Source: Gammaproteobacteria bacterium
GTDB lineage: Bacteria; Pseudomonadota; Gammaproteobacteria; Ga0077536
Direction of reading: 5' to 3'
Assembly (NCBI GenBank): GCA_009692365.1
Contig: SHZJ01000007.1
Span: 30,867-94,866, forward strand
Length of the DNA stretch: 64,000 bases
The notes under the pieces are model-generated. The model ran no database searches, had not been told where the DNA came from, and worked only from the letters and a program-made list of their open reading frames with translations. The first letter of the stretch is position 1; the number at the start of each line of letters is the position of its first letter. Below are positions 36,916-48,067 of this stretch, one piece after another. The translations under genes and the position numbers were made by a program.

Positions 36916-37311
36916 ATGAAGCCAATGCCGCGGCCTACTTTTAAAGGCATCTCCCAGTATCGCAATATCGAGCTCGAGTCGAGCGTGGCGTCTGCCAGCC
37001 CGCACAAGCTCATCGAAATGCTCTTAGACGGCGCGCTAGGAAAAATCCAGATGGCCCGCGGTTGCATGGAACGCAAGGAAATTGGCCCTAAATGTGCTGC
37101 GATCAACTGGTCGCTCTCGATCATAGAGGGCTTGTATTCCAGCTTAAACATGGCCGAGGGCGGGGACATTGCGCTGGGCTTGAGCAAGCTTTACGAATAT
37201 ATGATGCGCCGCCTAGTGGCCGCCAACGCAGGCAACGAGGTCGCCATCCTCGATGAAGTCACGCAACTATTGGGCGAGGTGCGGACAGGTTGGGTGGCGA
37301 TTCGGCGCTAG
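36916..37311 (+). CDS. fliS: Flagellin chaperone FliS
   Basis: ASPHKLIEMLLDGA, GGDIA, LYEYM. Confidence 0.95.
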   Translation: MKPMPRPTFKGISQYRNIELESSVASASPHKLIEMLLDGALGKIQMARGCMERKEIGPKCAAINWSLSIIEGLYSSLNMAEGGDIALGLSKLYEYMMRRLVAANAGNEVAILDEVTQLLGEVRTGWVAIRR

Positions 37312-37365
37312 CGGCGGTAGCCTTGGACCCCACGGGGGACGTCCGTTAATTGTTGAGCATAAGCC

Positions 37366-37665
37366 TTGGACGAACTGGTCCGCATACGCACCCTCGGCGA
37401 GCAAATGTTGGCGGCTGCTGCAGTGGACGATTGGTCGCAGGTGCTGAGCTTGGATGACGAGCGCCACGCGTTGTTGGCGGCACTGCCGCCCGCGGCCTTT
37501 GCGCGCAGAGAGTCGGCCGCCCGCCCAGTGCTGGAGGGCGCCTTGGAGGTAACGGAAATCCTGCTGCGTCGTGCGCGCGACGCGCAAGCAGCGCAAGTGG
37601 GTGAACTCGCCGCGATGCAGCGCGGGCAACGCGGCGCTGCGGCCTACTTGGACACTGAAAGCTAG
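37366..37665 (+). CDS. fliT: FliT-like chaperone
   Basis: MLAAAAVDDW...ER helical pattern, C-terminal AY; lies between fliS and fleQ. Confidence 0.75.
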   Translation: MDELVRIRTLGEQMLAAAAVDDWSQVLSLDDERHALLAALPPAAFARRESAARPVLEGALEVTEILLRRARDAQAAQVGELAAMQRGQRGAAAYLDTES

Positions 37666-37932
37666 CGCCCGACAGGCCACCCGCTAGGGTCTCCACGCTA
37701 ATGCTCGCAAGCCCAACCGGGCGTAGTGGCCGGCCGAGGATTGCAACCTCTCCCCAACTTCTCCGCAAGGTCCCGCCAATATCGCCGTGTCCTTGCCAAA
37801 TGGCGCGGTCGGGTTAGACTTTGACCGTAGCAGGCCTGCGCTTACCGCACTTAGCCGCCCAAAAATAGCTCTGAGTAGGGGCGGGGTCCACGCTGCCAGC
37901 ACCAAACCCCAGTAAGCGAGAAGCTGCCCACC

Positions 37933-39384
37933 ATGCTCGTGCCGGAAATCCGCGCGTTTATTCTTGAGCAAGATGCCGAGATTGCCTTGCAGTTTATGCA
38001 GGTGCTGGCCTATCTGGACCTACCCGCCCGCCAACTCACAGTGGACGCCGATTGGTCGGTGCTCCTCAGCGCCGAGGAGCCACCCTATCTATTGATGATC
38101 GGCCAGAGCGGGTCGGCGGCCGCCGCCCACCGCGTTGGCGAAAAACTCTGCGAGTTGGACGCGGCGATCCCGCTGGTTGTGCTCGAGTCCTGCGAACTCA
38201 GACCTGAAATTTTGGCCGCACTAGAAAATCGCATCGTGGGCCGGCTGCCGTTGCCCCTGCGGCACGTCCATTTCGAAAAAATCCTGCAAAAAATCGCGCT
38301 GTATCGCGACAACCGACAGCAGGGTGCGCCCCCGCGCAACCCGGAACTGTTTCGCAATTTGGTCGGTGGCAGCTTGGGCATCCAACGGGTGCGCAACATG
38401 ATTGAAATGGTCGCCAAAAGCGACGCCAACGTGCTGGTCACGGGAGAATCGGGCACCGGGAAAGAAGTGGTGGCAAGGCATATCCACCACCACTCAACGC
38501 GGCGCACCAAGCCTTTTGTGCCGATCAACTGTGGCGCGATCCCCCCCGACCTGCTGGAAAGTGAATTGTTTGGGCACGAGAAAGGCGCTTTTACCGGGGC
38601 TATTACCGCCCGTCAGGGCCGTTTCGAAATGGCCGACAGTGGCACGCTGTTTCTCGATGAAATTGGCGATATGAGCCTGCCGATGCAGGTAAAGCTGCTC
38701 AGAGTGCTGCAAGAGCGCAGCTTCGAGCGCGTGGGCAGCAACAAGAGCATTTCGGTGAACGTGCGAATTATCGCCGCGACCCACGTAAATCTCGAACAGG
38801 CCATTTTGGATGGCCGGTTCCGTGAGGATTTGTTTTATCGCTTGAATGTATTCCCCATCGAAACCCCCCCGCTGCGCGACCGCGCTGAAGATCTGCCGCT
38901 GCTGGTCAGCGATTTGGTGACCCGGCTCGGCCACGAGGGGCGCGGCACGATTCGCTTCACCCACGCCGCGGTGCACCTCTTGGGGGCGTACGGTTGGCCC
39001 GGCAACGTGCGAGAGTTGGCGAATCTCGTGGAGCGCTTGGCCATCCTGTATCCCCACGGGCTGGTGGACACCCACGATTTGCCTGAGAAATATCGCGCTG
39101 ATGGCTACGTGCCGCCAGCCACGGCGGTCGGGGAGATGCGCGCGCCGCCGGAGGCGCGCGCGCGCCCGCTGGCCGAGGCCGGCGCGGCCCGCCTGCCGCG
39201 CAGCGGGATTGATCTCAAAGAACACCTCACCAAAATCGAGGCTAACCTCATCATTCAAGCGCTGGAAGAAGAAAGCTGGGTGGTGGCACACGCGGCGAAG
39301 CGCCTGCAGATGGGGCGCACCACGCTGGTGGAAAAAATGCGCAAGCTGGGTTTGGGACGCCAGGAAGATCTGACAGGTCCTTGA
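37933..39384 (+). CDS. fleQ: Sigma54 master regulator FleQ/FlrA
   Basis: Degenerate receiver-like N-domain, [35 protein letters not shown]. Confidence 0.93.
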   Translation: MLVPEIRAFILEQDAEIALQFMQVLAYLDLPARQLTVDADWSVLLSAEEPPYLLMIGQSGSAAAAHRVGEKLCELDAAIPLVVLESCELRPEILAALENRIVGRLPLPLRHVHFEKILQKIALYRDNRQQGAPPRNPELFRNLVGGSLGIQRVRNMIEMVAKSDANVLVTGESGTGKEVVARHIHHHSTRRTKPFVPINCGAIPPDLLESELFGHEKGAFTGAITARQGRFEMADSGTLFLDEIGDMSLPMQVKLLRVLQERSFERVGSNKSISVNVRIIAATHVNLEQAILDGRFREDLFYRLNVFPIETPPLRDRAEDLPLLVSDLVTRLGHEGRGTIRFTHAAVHLLGAYGWPGNVRELANLVERLAILYPHGLVDTHDLPEKYRADGYVPPATAVGEMRAPPEARARPLAEAGAARLPRSGIDLKEHLTKIEANLIIQALEEESWVVAHAAKRLQMGRTTLVEKMRKLGLGRQEDLTGP

Positions 39385-39513
39385 CGCCGGCCGAACTCGC
39401 CGTCAGTTTTCCGCTACTGCACCCCTGCCCCAACTCGCCGGCCTAACGCGGTTGTGACCTTAAAATCAGCATCTTGCCGGGCGGGCCCGCATTAAAACGG
39501 CGGGTTATCTGCG

Positions 39514-39529
39514 TGGCATGCTCTTTGCT
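39514..39529 (+). promoter_or_regulatory. Sigma54 promoter for fleSR-fliE
   Basis: TGGCATGCTCTTTGCT. Confidence 0.8.
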
Positions 39530-39572
39530 AAAACCCCGGAAGCGATAGTCGCCAAAGGGAGCAGCGCCCGCC

Positions 39573-40706
39573 ATGGGCTCAGAATTAGTCACCGAATCCT
39601 CCGTTCTGAAGACGACCAACGGGCCGGGTGCCTCGCCCGCGCACGCGCCGGTCGAGGGGCTGCCGAGCTGGGATCAATACGAACGGGTGCTGGCGGACCG
39701 CGAACGCTTGACGCTGCGTTTGGCCACGTTATTGGGCGCATTACCAGCCGGGGTAGTGGTTTTAGACGCGCAGGGACGCGTGACCCAAGCCAATTTGGCG
39801 GCGGCGGAGCTCTTAGGTGTCTTGGCGGTGGGGGAAGCGTGGTTTGAAGTCGTCGGGCGGGCCTTTGCGCCACGCTGGGACGATGGCCATGACGTCTCGC
39901 TGGCGGACGGTCGCCGGGTGAACGTCGCCACCCAAGCGCTGCCGCACGAGCCCGGCCAAATTCTGCTCATCAAGGATGTGAGCGAAACCCGTCGGCTCCA
40001 AGAACAACTCTCACACCACCGGCGGCTGTCGGCCAAAACCGAAATGGCCGCCGCGCTCGCCCATCAAATCCGTACCCCCCTGGCCGCGGCATTGCTAGCC
40101 ATAGGCCCGCTGGCCCGCGGCCACGGCCTCGCCGAGTCGCAGCGCCGCAGCGCCGAGCGGGTGCTGGAATCGCTGCGCCAGCTCGACCGTTTGGTTGAGA
40201 ACATGCTGAGCTTTGCGCGCGGCGCGCTGGTTGATGCGCAGCCCATCGCGCTCACCGCGCTGCTGGAGCGGCTGCGGCTGGAGGCCGCCCCGGTGCTGGC
40301 GCCGGGTCAACTGGCACTCGACTGCGGCGCGGAGCACGCCGCGCTGCAAATTTATGGCAACGCCGATGCCTTGCTGAGCAGCATGCTGAATCTGGTGGCG
40401 AACAGCCGCCAAATCGTCGGCGAGGACTGCCAGCTGCGAGTGGCCGTTGCCACCTTGGGCGAGTTTGTGGCTCTGCGTTTCATTGACAATGGCCCCGGCG
40501 TGCCCGTGGTCGAACGCGCGCGTGTTTTCGAACCGTTCCACACCACGCGGCGCGGCGGCACCGGTCTGGGACTGTCGGTTGCGCAGGCCATCGCGCGCGC
40601 CCATGGCGGGGAACTCGGTCTGGACGTGGATTACCCACACGGCGCCTGTTTCGAATTCTCCCTGCCAACCTATACCCAAACCCCCAGCGCGCAGGTCTCG
40701 GCATGA
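39573..40706 (+). CDS. fleS: PAS sensor kinase FleS/FlrB
   Basis: LPAGVVVLD, AHQIRTPL, DNGPG, GTGLGL. Confidence 0.92.
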   Translation: MGSELVTESSVLKTTNGPGASPAHAPVEGLPSWDQYERVLADRERLTLRLATLLGALPAGVVVLDAQGRVTQANLAAAELLGVLAVGEAWFEVVGRAFAPRWDDGHDVSLADGRRVNVATQALPHEPGQILLIKDVSETRRLQEQLSHHRRLSAKTEMAAALAHQIRTPLAAALLAIGPLARGHGLAESQRRSAERVLESLRQLDRLVENMLSFARGALVDAQPIALTALLERLRLEAAPVLAPGQLALDCGAEHAALQIYGNADALLSSMLNLVANSRQIVGEDCQLRVAVATLGEFVALRFIDNGPGVPVVERARVFEPFHTTRRGGTGLGLSVAQAIARAHGGELGLDVDYPHGACFEFSLPTYTQTPSAQVSA

Positions 40707-42076
40707 ACAGTCTGCCCGTCATCGCCATTGTGGAAGACGACGATGCCCTGCGCGCCGCGCTGTGCGAAACCGCGGAATTGGCTGGCTTGCGGGTGCTCGC
40801 GTTTGCGGACGGCACGGCGTGCTTACGGGGGCTGGAGAACACCGCGGTCGACTTAGTGATTTCCGACCTCCAAATGGCGCCCATGGATGGGCTGACCCTG
40901 CTGCGCGAACTGCGCCGCCGCCAGCGCACGCTGCCGTTTGTGCTGATGACGGCCTACGGGACGATCCAAAGCGCCATCGATGCCATGCGTCTGGGCGCGA
41001 CCGACTACCTCGTCAAGCCCTTCGAGGCGGAAGTCCTGTTCGCCGGGCTAGACCACTGGTTGCCAAAGCCGGTGGCCGTGTTGGGAGGGCGTGACATGCT
41101 CGCCGCCGACCCTCTCACCCTGCGGGTGCTGGAACTGGCGCGCCGCGTGGCCACTAGCGATGCCACGGTATTGATTACCGGCGAGTCCGGCGTGGGCAAG
41201 GAAGTGTTCTTCCGGTTCATCCACCAGCATTCGTCGCGGGCGGCCCGCGAGCCCATTGCGATCAACTGCGCGGCCATACCGGAAAACATGCTGGAAGCCA
41301 TTTTGTTTGGCCACGAAAAAGGCGCTTTCACCGGCGCATACAAGGCCTATCCCGGCAAGTTTGAACAGGCTCAGGGCAGCAGTCTGCTGTTGGATGAAGT
41401 CTCGGAAATGAGTCTGCCCTTGCAGGCGAAGCTGTTGCGGGTCTTGCAAGAAAGAGTGGTGGAGCGTTTGGGTGGCCAGGACCTGATCAAACTGGATGTG
41501 CGCGTAGTGGCGACTTCCAACCGCGATTTAGTCGGTGAAGTGCGGGCTGGCCGCTTCCGCGAAGATCTTTACTACCGCCTGAATGTTTTCCCCTTGGTGG
41601 TACCACCGCTGCGCCAGCGGCCCGCGGACATCGTGCCGCTGGCCCGTTTTCTGCTGGCGCGGACGGCTGCGCACAGCCACACGTCGGCCCCGAACCTGAG
41701 CGCGGGTGCCGCCGCCGCGCTGACCGCCTGGCGCTGGCCCGGCAATGTACGCGAACTCGACAACATCATGCAGCGCGCCTTGGTCATCCACAGCGGGGCG
41801 ATCGTCGAAGCACAAGACCTGCTTTTCGAACCTGGTGTGTTGGGCCATCAACTCCCGGCCGCGCCGAGCGCAGAGGAGTTTGCAGCGCCGGAGGATGCGC
41901 AGGATTCCTTGGGCGATGGGCTGCGCGACCACGAACGGCGCTTGATCCTCGAGGCCTTGGAAGAAGGTCATGGCAGCCGCAAATATGTGGCCGAAAAACT
42001 CGGCATCAGCCCGCGCACGCTGCGCTACAAGCTCGCCAAGCTGCGCGAATCAGGCGTCGAGGTGCCGGGGCAATGA
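40703..42076 (+). CDS. fleR: Sigma54 response regulator FleR/FlrC
   Basis: Receiver domain, GESGVGKE, NCAAIPENMLEA, GAFTGA, LGISPRTLRYKL. Confidence 0.93.
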   Translation: MNSLPVIAIVEDDDALRAALCETAELAGLRVLAFADGTACLRGLENTAVDLVISDLQMAPMDGLTLLRELRRRQRTLPFVLMTAYGTIQSAIDAMRLGATDYLVKPFEAEVLFAGLDHWLPKPVAVLGGRDMLAADPLTLRVLELARRVATSDATVLITGESGVGKEVFFRFIHQHSSRAAREPIAINCAAIPENMLEAILFGHEKGAFTGAYKAYPGKFEQAQGSSLLLDEVSEMSLPLQAKLLRVLQERVVERLGGQDLIKLDVRVVATSNRDLVGEVRAGRFREDLYYRLNVFPLVVPPLRQRPADIVPLARFLLARTAAHSHTSAPNLSAGAAAALTAWRWPGNVRELDNIMQRALVIHSGAIVEAQDLLFEPGVLGHQLPAAPSAEEFAAPEDAQDSLGDGLRDHERRLILEALEEGHGSRKYVAEKLGISPRTLRYKLAKLRESGVEVPGQ

Positions 42077-42097
42077 ACACGCGGCAGGAGTGCGGCT

Positions 42098-42427
42098 ATG
42101 AACACGATTGACCACAGTGGCTTGTTGTTGCAAATGCGCGCCTTGGCCGCCCGCGCGCAGGGCAGCGGCGAACTCAGCCCCGTGACTGCGCCCGCCGCCC
42201 GTGGGGTGGATTTTGGTAACGCGCTAAAAACGGCGCTCGACGGCGTCAATGCCAGCCAGCAAACCGCGAAGGCGCTGTCGGAAAGATTTGAAAAGGGCGA
42301 TCCAAAAGTGGATCTCTCGCAGGTGATGATTTCGATGCAGAAGGCCAATGTGAGTTTTCAGGCCGTGACTCAGGTGCGCAACAAACTCGTGGGCGCCTAT
42401 CAAGACATCATGAATATGCCGATTTGA
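42098..42427 (+). CDS. fliE: FliE
   Basis: QVRNKLVGAYQDIMNMPI. Confidence 0.96.
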   Translation: MNTIDHSGLLLQMRALAARAQGSGELSPVTAPAARGVDFGNALKTALDGVNASQQTAKALSERFEKGDPKVDLSQVMISMQKANVSFQAVTQVRNKLVGAYQDIMNMPI

Positions 42428-42485
42428 GGGCGTCCCGCCACGTGGGGCCGCCGTCATCCAGAGTCAGCGAGTGAAGGGGTAAGCA

Positions 42486-44231
42486 ATGGCCGAAGCAACG
42501 ATTTATGTCCAGCAAAACTCCCCCATGGCGTTGTTACGTCAGGGTGGTGTGCTGGTGGGCATCGCGGCCGCGGTCGCGCTGGGCGTGTATGTGGTGATGT
42601 GGTCGCGCACCCCGCACTACATCATGCTCTACTCCGACCTGTCTGACCGCGACCTCACGCAAATCGTGGAGGCACTCAAAAGCTCCCAGACTCCCTACCG
42701 CATCGAGCCCGGTTCTGGCGCGGTGCTGGTCGACGCTAATAAAGCCGACGACGCGCGCCTTCAACTCGCCGCCGCGGGGTTGCCCAAGGGCAATTCTCGC
42801 GGCTTCGAAATGCTCACCGATGAGCAGGGTTTTGGCACCAGCCAGTTCATGGAAAAAGCCCGCTACCAGCATGCGATGGAGGGCGAACTCTCGCGCTCGA
42901 TCGCCCGTATCGACAACGTGCGGGGCGCCCGGGTGCATTTGGCACTGCCCACGGAATCGGTATTTTCGCGGATTAAACGCGAACCCAGCGCCTCGGTGAT
43001 CGTGGATCTCTTTGGCGGCCGTGGGCTGGAACCGGCACAAGTCGCCGCCATCACCCATCTGGTGTCGGCCAGCGTGCCCAACCTGCCGGCCGCGCGCGTG
43101 ACCTTGGTCGATAGCCGCGGCAATTTGCTGACCGAAGAAAAAAGCGACGAGGGCATGGCCCTCACCTCGCGCCGTTTCGACTATTCCCGCAAACTCGAGC
43201 AATCTTACGCCGACCGCATCGAGGTTATCCTCACGCCCTTTGTGGGGCCGGATGGCGTGCGCGCCGAAGTCACGGCAGATTTGGATTTCACTGCTTCCGA
43301 GCAAACCCGCGAGACCTTCAATCCCGATCTGCCCTCGGTGCGCAGTGAGCGCACGTTGGAAGAAGAGCGGGTGGGCGGCGGCACGGGCGGCGTGCCGGGC
43401 GCACTGTCGAACGCCCCGCCCAGCGACGCCACGGCGCCCGAAGTGGCGGTGCCACCCGCACCGGGCGCAGCGCCGGGTGCCGCGCCGGGTGCCGCGCGCG
43501 CCGCTGCGCCCGCGAACGCTAACCAAACCAAGGCCACCATGCCCTCGACCAAGCGCAACCAGACGACGCGCAACTATGAACTCGACCGCACCATCAGCCA
43601 TACGAAGCCTTCCTTGGGCACCATCCGTCGCCTCTCTGTCGCCGTGGTGTTGCGCTTGCCCACACCGGTCGCACCGGTCGCGCCGGCCGCAGCGGACGCA
43701 GCGGATGCAGCGACGCCCGAGGAGGGCAGCAAAGCGGTGGTGCCGGCGGTGCTCGCCGTAGCCGCGCCGGTCGATGTGGAGCGCATGACGCAGTTGGTCA
43801 AAGATGCGATCGGTTTCGACGCCACGCGTGGTGACGTCGTGAGCGTCACGACCACGGCTTTTGTGGAGCCGCCAACCCCTGAACCCCTGCCCGAAGTGCC
43901 TATGTGGGAACGGCCGTGGATGTGGGATGTGGGCAAGCAGGTGGCCGGTGGTTTGTTCGTGCTGGTCTTGTTTTTTGGCTTGCTGCGCCCGGCAGTGAAG
44001 TCGCTGATGGCCAAACCCACCGCCGCAACCCTGGCCGCGGGCGGCGGAACTAGCGGCGGCTTGGCGCTCGCGGCGCCGGGCGGTGGTGCCTTGCCCGCCT
44101 TGGGGGGGCCGGCCACGGCGGCGCTGAATATGCCGGCCAGCATGCACGACAATCTGGAGCAGGTGAAACAAATCGTCGCACAAGACCCGCGCGTCGCAGC
44201 GCAGGTCGTTAAAGAATGGTTGGGGGATTGA
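42486..44231 (+). CDS. fliF: MS-ring FliF
   Basis: FGTSQFME, ARVHLALP, GGVPGALSN, TRNYELDR. Confidence 0.96.
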   Translation: MAEATIYVQQNSPMALLRQGGVLVGIAAAVALGVYVVMWSRTPHYIMLYSDLSDRDLTQIVEALKSSQTPYRIEPGSGAVLVDANKADDARLQLAAAGLPKGNSRGFEMLTDEQGFGTSQFMEKARYQHAMEGELSRSIARIDNVRGARVHLALPTESVFSRIKREPSASVIVDLFGGRGLEPAQVAAITHLVSASVPNLPAARVTLVDSRGNLLTEEKSDEGMALTSRRFDYSRKLEQSYADRIEVILTPFVGPDGVRAEVTADLDFTASEQTRETFNPDLPSVRSERTLEEERVGGGTGGVPGALSNAPPSDATAPEVAVPPAPGAAPGAAPGAARAAAPANANQTKATMPSTKRNQTTRNYELDRTISHTKPSLGTIRRLSVAVVLRLPTPVAPVAPAAADAADAATPEEGSKAVVPAVLAVAAPVDVERMTQLVKDAIGFDATRGDVVSVTTTAFVEPPTPEPLPEVPMWERPWMWDVGKQVAGGLFVLVLFFGLLRPAVKSLMAKPTAATLAAGGGTSGGLALAAPGGGALPALGGPATAALNMPASMHDNLEQVKQIVAQDPRVAAQVVKEWLGD

Positions 44232-44234
44232 GCC

Positions 44235-45245
44235 ATGGCGGAAAACAAAATTGCGCTGACGGGGGTGGAGAAGGCGGCGATATTGTTGATGACCCTTGGT
44301 GAGGCCGCCGCCGCCCAGGTGATCAAATTTCTCGGCCCGCGCGAAGTGCAAAAAATCGGTACTGCGATGGCCGCTCTCCAGAATGTGTCGCGCGAAATGG
44401 TCAAAACTTCCGTCGATGAATTTGTCGTCAGCCTCCAACGCCAGACGCCCTTGGGGATCGGCAACGATGATTACATCCGCAAGGTTCTGAACGATGCGCT
44501 GGGCGAGGAGAAGGCGAAGGGCATGATCGACCGCATCCTCATCGGGGGTTCGACCAAGGGCCTGGAGTCTTTGAAATGGATGGATGTGCGCAGCGTGGTA
44601 GAACTCATCCGCTTTGAGCACCCGCAAATTATCGCCATCGTGTTGTCCTATCTGGACAGCGACCAAGCAGCGCAGGTGCTGGGCGCGCTGCCCGAAAACA
44701 CCCGTGGGGACCTCATGATGCGGGTGGCCACCATGGACGGCGTGCAGCCGGCCGCCATGCAGGAACTCAACGATATGCTGGAAATTCAGCTGCGCGGCGG
44801 TGCCCAGGGCCAGAACTCCGGCATGGGCGGGCTTAAATGCGCGGCCAATATTCTGAACTTGGTCGACCGTAGCCTCGAGGCACGGATCGCCGATGCCATC
44901 ACCGAGCACGACCCCGATCTTGCCGGTAAAATTCAAGACCTCATGTTCACCTTCGATAACCTCATCGACGTCGACGACCGGGGTATTCAGATGCTGTTGC
45001 GCGAAATCTCTACCGACAACCTCGTGCTCGCGCTCAAAGGCACAGACGACAATATCAAGGCGAAAATTTTCAAGAACATGTCGCAGCGTGCCGGTGACAC
45101 GTTGCGCGAGGACTTGGAGACGCGCGGCCCGGTGAAGCTCTCCGACGTGGAGACGGCGCAGAAAGACATTATTACGATCGCGCGTCGGTTGGCCGACGAG
45201 GGCCAGATTAGTCTGGGCGGTGCGGGCAGCGAGGCGATGGTTTAA
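44235..45245 (+). CDS. fliG: Switch protein FliG
   Basis: KAAILLMTLG, EHPQIIA, MFTFDNL, NMSQRA. Confidence 0.97.
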   Translation: MAENKIALTGVEKAAILLMTLGEAAAAQVIKFLGPREVQKIGTAMAALQNVSREMVKTSVDEFVVSLQRQTPLGIGNDDYIRKVLNDALGEEKAKGMIDRILIGGSTKGLESLKWMDVRSVVELIRFEHPQIIAIVLSYLDSDQAAQVLGALPENTRGDLMMRVATMDGVQPAAMQELNDMLEIQLRGGAQGQNSGMGGLKCAANILNLVDRSLEARIADAITEHDPDLAGKIQDLMFTFDNLIDVDDRGIQMLLREISTDNLVLALKGTDDNIKAKIFKNMSQRAGDTLREDLETRGPVKLSDVETAQKDIITIARRLADEGQISLGGAGSEAMV

Positions 45246-45908
45246 ATGGCCACTTCACGCATTACGCCGGCCGACCAAGCCAGCGGTGCCGTGCGTTTCG
45301 CGCTGCCCCAAATGGCCGGGCCGATCGCCGGGCCCGCGACCAAGGCCGCCGAGGCGCTGCTCGCCCCGGTGGGGTCGGCGCTGGCTGAATTGCGGCGTTT
45401 GGCCTATGCCGGGGCCTACGCGAAAGGCTACGCCGAGGGGCACGCCGAGGGGTGTGCCCGTGGGCTGCAAGAGGCACAAGCACTGGCCGTGCGCCTCGCG
45501 GGCATCATGGATCAATTAGGCCAGCCCTTGGCCGAAGTCGATGCGGCGGTGATCGATGCAGTGTCGGATCTGGCCGTGTTGATCGCGCGCCACCTGGTGC
45601 GCCGGGAACTCAAGGCCAACCCCGGGGAAATCGTGGGGGTGGTGCGCGAAACGATGCGGCATTTGCCGGTTGCACCGCGCGCGGCCCGTATCCGGCTCCA
45701 CCCGGAGGATGCGGACCTCATTCAAGCGGCGTTTGCCTTGGGCGAGGACACCCGCAGTTGGCGGCTAGAAGCAGACCCGCTGATGACCCGTGGCGGTTGT
45801 ATCGTCGAAACTGATGTCTCGCGGATCGACGCTTCGGTCGAGTCGCGACTGGCGGCGATTGCCTCGCGCATGTTGGGCGGCGATCGAGAGAGCGACCGTG
45901 AGCCTTGA
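45246..45908 (+). CDS. fliH: FliH
   Basis: GxxxG repeats, LHPED, RGGCIVET, IDASVE. Confidence 0.9.
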   Translation: MATSRITPADQASGAVRFALPQMAGPIAGPATKAAEALLAPVGSALAELRRLAYAGAYAKGYAEGHAEGCARGLQEAQALAVRLAGIMDQLGQPLAEVDAAVIDAVSDLAVLIARHLVRRELKANPGEIVGVVRETMRHLPVAPRAARIRLHPEDADLIQAAFALGEDTRSWRLEADPLMTRGGCIVETDVSRIDASVESRLAAIASRMLGGDRESDREP

Positions 45909-47250
45909 GCGCTCGCCAGCCGAGCGCTGGCTGCCGGCGCTCGCGGCGCGCGCCGCGCGACTAGCCGAGCCACCCCGCCTGCTGGTGGAGGGCAAGCTCA
46001 CGCGGATGGTGGGTCTGACCCTCGAAGCGGTGGGCTGCGAGGCGGCGATTGGCGACCGCTGCGTGGTGATGAACCGCTTGGGCGGGCAGGTCGAGACCGA
46101 AGTGGTGGGCTTTGATGGCGAAAGTCTGTTTCTCATGCCCACTGGCAATACGCAGGGACTAGCACCCAACGCGCGCGTCATTCCCTACGGCGGGGCCGGC
46201 GAGGTGGCGGTCGGGCCGGGTCTGTTAGGTCGCGTGATCGACGGCAGCGGTCAGCCCATCGATGGGCGCGGGCCGTTGGTCGTCGAAGAACGGCAGTCCT
46301 TGGCCGGGCTGCCGCTCAACCCGCTCCAGCGTGGCTCCATCCGGGAGGCCCTGGATGTCGGCGTGCGGTCTATTAACGCCTTGCTGACGGTGGGACGAGG
46401 TCAACGAATTGGCCTGTTTTCCGGGAGCGGCGTGGGTAAGAGCGTGCTGTTGGGAATGATGACGCGGTATGCCAAAGCAGATGTGATCGTGGTGGGATTG
46501 GTCGGTGAACGCGGCCGCGAAGTAAAAGAATTCATCGATGACATTCTGGGCCCCGAGGGCTTGGCGCGCGCCGTCGTGGTGGCCACCCCGGCCGACAACC
46601 CGCCGCTGATGCGCATGCGCGGGGCAACTATCTCCACCGCGATTGCCGAGTATTTTCGCGATCAGGGTAAGCATGTGCTGCTGCTCATGGATTCTCTTAC
46701 CCGCTACGCCCAGGCGCAGCGCGAAATTGCGCTCACCATCGGCGAGCCGCCGGCTACCCGCGGTTATCCGCCCTCGGTGTTTGCGCGTCTGCCACAGTTG
46801 GTTGAGCGGGCTGGGATGGGCGTGAACGGCCGGGGTTCTATTACCGCTTTCTATACGGTGCTGACCGAAGGTGACGACAACAACGACCCGGTGGCCGACA
46901 CTGCTCGAGCCATTCTGGACGGCCATATCGTGCTGGCGCGCTCGCTGGCTGAACGCGGACAACATCCGGCCATCGACATCGAAGCCTCTATTAGTCGCGT
47001 GATGAATATGGTCACTACCCCTGAGCATCTCGCGCAGGCCCGAAAATTTCGGCACTACTATTCCCTCTACGAGCAAAATCAGGATCTCTTCAACGTGGGT
47101 GCCTACCAAGCCGGGACTAACCCAGAGTTGGATCGTGCCGTCGCATTGCGGGCCGTGCTCACAGCTTTTATGCGCCAAGACCCTGACCAATCGGTGGGCA
47201 GCGCAGATGCACTCGACATGCTGAACAAAATTTTCCCGACCACGGCCTGA
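45898..47250 (+). CDS. fliI: Export ATPase FliI
   Basis: GSGVGKS, LLMDSLTR, GEPPATRGYPPS. Start GTG 45898 inferred. Confidence 0.96.
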   Translation: MSLERSPAERWLPALAARAARLAEPPRLLVEGKLTRMVGLTLEAVGCEAAIGDRCVVMNRLGGQVETEVVGFDGESLFLMPTGNTQGLAPNARVIPYGGAGEVAVGPGLLGRVIDGSGQPIDGRGPLVVEERQSLAGLPLNPLQRGSIREALDVGVRSINALLTVGRGQRIGLFSGSGVGKSVLLGMMTRYAKADVIVVGLVGERGREVKEFIDDILGPEGLARAVVVATPADNPPLMRMRGATISTAIAEYFRDQGKHVLLLMDSLTRYAQAQREIALTIGEPPATRGYPPSVFARLPQLVERAGMGVNGRGSITAFYTVLTEGDDNNDPVADTARAILDGHIVLARSLAERGQHPAIDIEASISRVMNMVTTPEHLAQARKFRHYYSLYEQNQDLFNVGAYQAGTNPELDRAVALRAVLTAFMRQDPDQSVGSADALDMLNKIFPTTA

Positions 47251-47266
47251 GCGCAGGCCAAGCGCC

Positions 47267-47692
47267 GTGAAGAAGTCGGGGCGCGTTCAGCGCTTGGCCA
47301 ATCTCTCGGCAACCGCCGAGCAGCTCTCGGCCCTAGCACTTGCCCGCGCCAGCGAAGAAGTGTCCCGGCTGGACCGGCAGCTGGGCGACCTGAGAGGTTA
47401 TCGGGACGAATATCTGCGCCCTTTGCAGGCCGCCGGCGCGGCGGCGGTGGGTGGCTATCAAGCGCAGAAACTGCGGCTATTCGTGGGGCGGATTGAAGAG
47501 GCCTTGGCGCTCATCGAGCGTAAAAAGCAGCTGGCGGAGAGTAATCGTGAGCTCGAGCGCGGGGTGTGGCTGGCGCAGCGGCGCCGTGCTCTGTTAATGA
47601 ACAAAGTGGCACAGCGTGCGCTCGCGGACGAAGAAGCCCATGCTGAACGCTCGCTGCAACGTGAAATCGACGACCGGCCGCAGCGCTCCTGA
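47267..47692 (+). CDS. fliJ: FliJ
   Basis: Coiled coil, LRGYRDEY, QREIDD; follows fliI. Confidence 0.85.
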   Translation: MKKSGRVQRLANLSATAEQLSALALARASEEVSRLDRQLGDLRGYRDEYLRPLQAAGAAAVGGYQAQKLRLFVGRIEEALALIERKKQLAESNRELERGVWLAQRRRALLMNKVAQRALADEEAHAERSLQREIDDRPQRS

Positions 47693-47708
47693 GCATCGAC
47701 CCGCTGGG

Positions 47709-48065
47709 TTAAGCCACGGCGGATGGACGTTTTTTTTCTACCAGAATTTCCCGGTAGCGGGTTGGCCCAGCGTTGCGTGCGCTGTGGGTGGCAGGCACCC
47801 GCAGGCCTTTGTCGTCAGAGGAGATAAGCTCGCCGTTGGCGCAATGAAACGCGAAGCTCGCGCCGGCGAGGGCGTCGAAACCACCCAGCGGCTCGTCGTT
47901 CGCATCAAAAACTTCGAGATGCGTGCCGTCCAGCACATAAAAAACGTAATCCAGATGGTGCGTGTGGCAGGGCGTGGTGGCGCCCGGCTCTAGTGCAAAT
48001 TCCCAAATGATGAGGTGTTCGTCCTCAAAGACTTTTTGGGTGCCAACTTCATCTTTTATGCTCAT
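47709..48065 (-). CDS. Small cupin-domain protein
   Basis: VFEDEHLIIWEFALEPG..HTHHLDY...H..RNAG...EILVE. Confidence 0.75.
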   Translation of the reverse strand: MSIKDEVGTQKVFEDEHLIIWEFALEPGATTPCHTHHLDYVFYVLDGTHLEVFDANDEPLGGFDALAGASFAFHCANGELISSDDKGLRVPATHSARNAGPTRYREILVEKKRPSAVA

Positions 48066-48067
48066 TT

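Noticed and set aside
43460-43712. GAAP/PVA/ADA micro-repeats in FliF
   Set aside because: Short duplications in known variable loops; no evidence of function.
42534-44936. 800-aa antisense ORF
   Set aside because: Shadow of fliF/fliG produced by GC-rich codon bias; no motifs. The same applies to 26176..27504 (opposite fliC) and 56255..57637 (opposite flhA).
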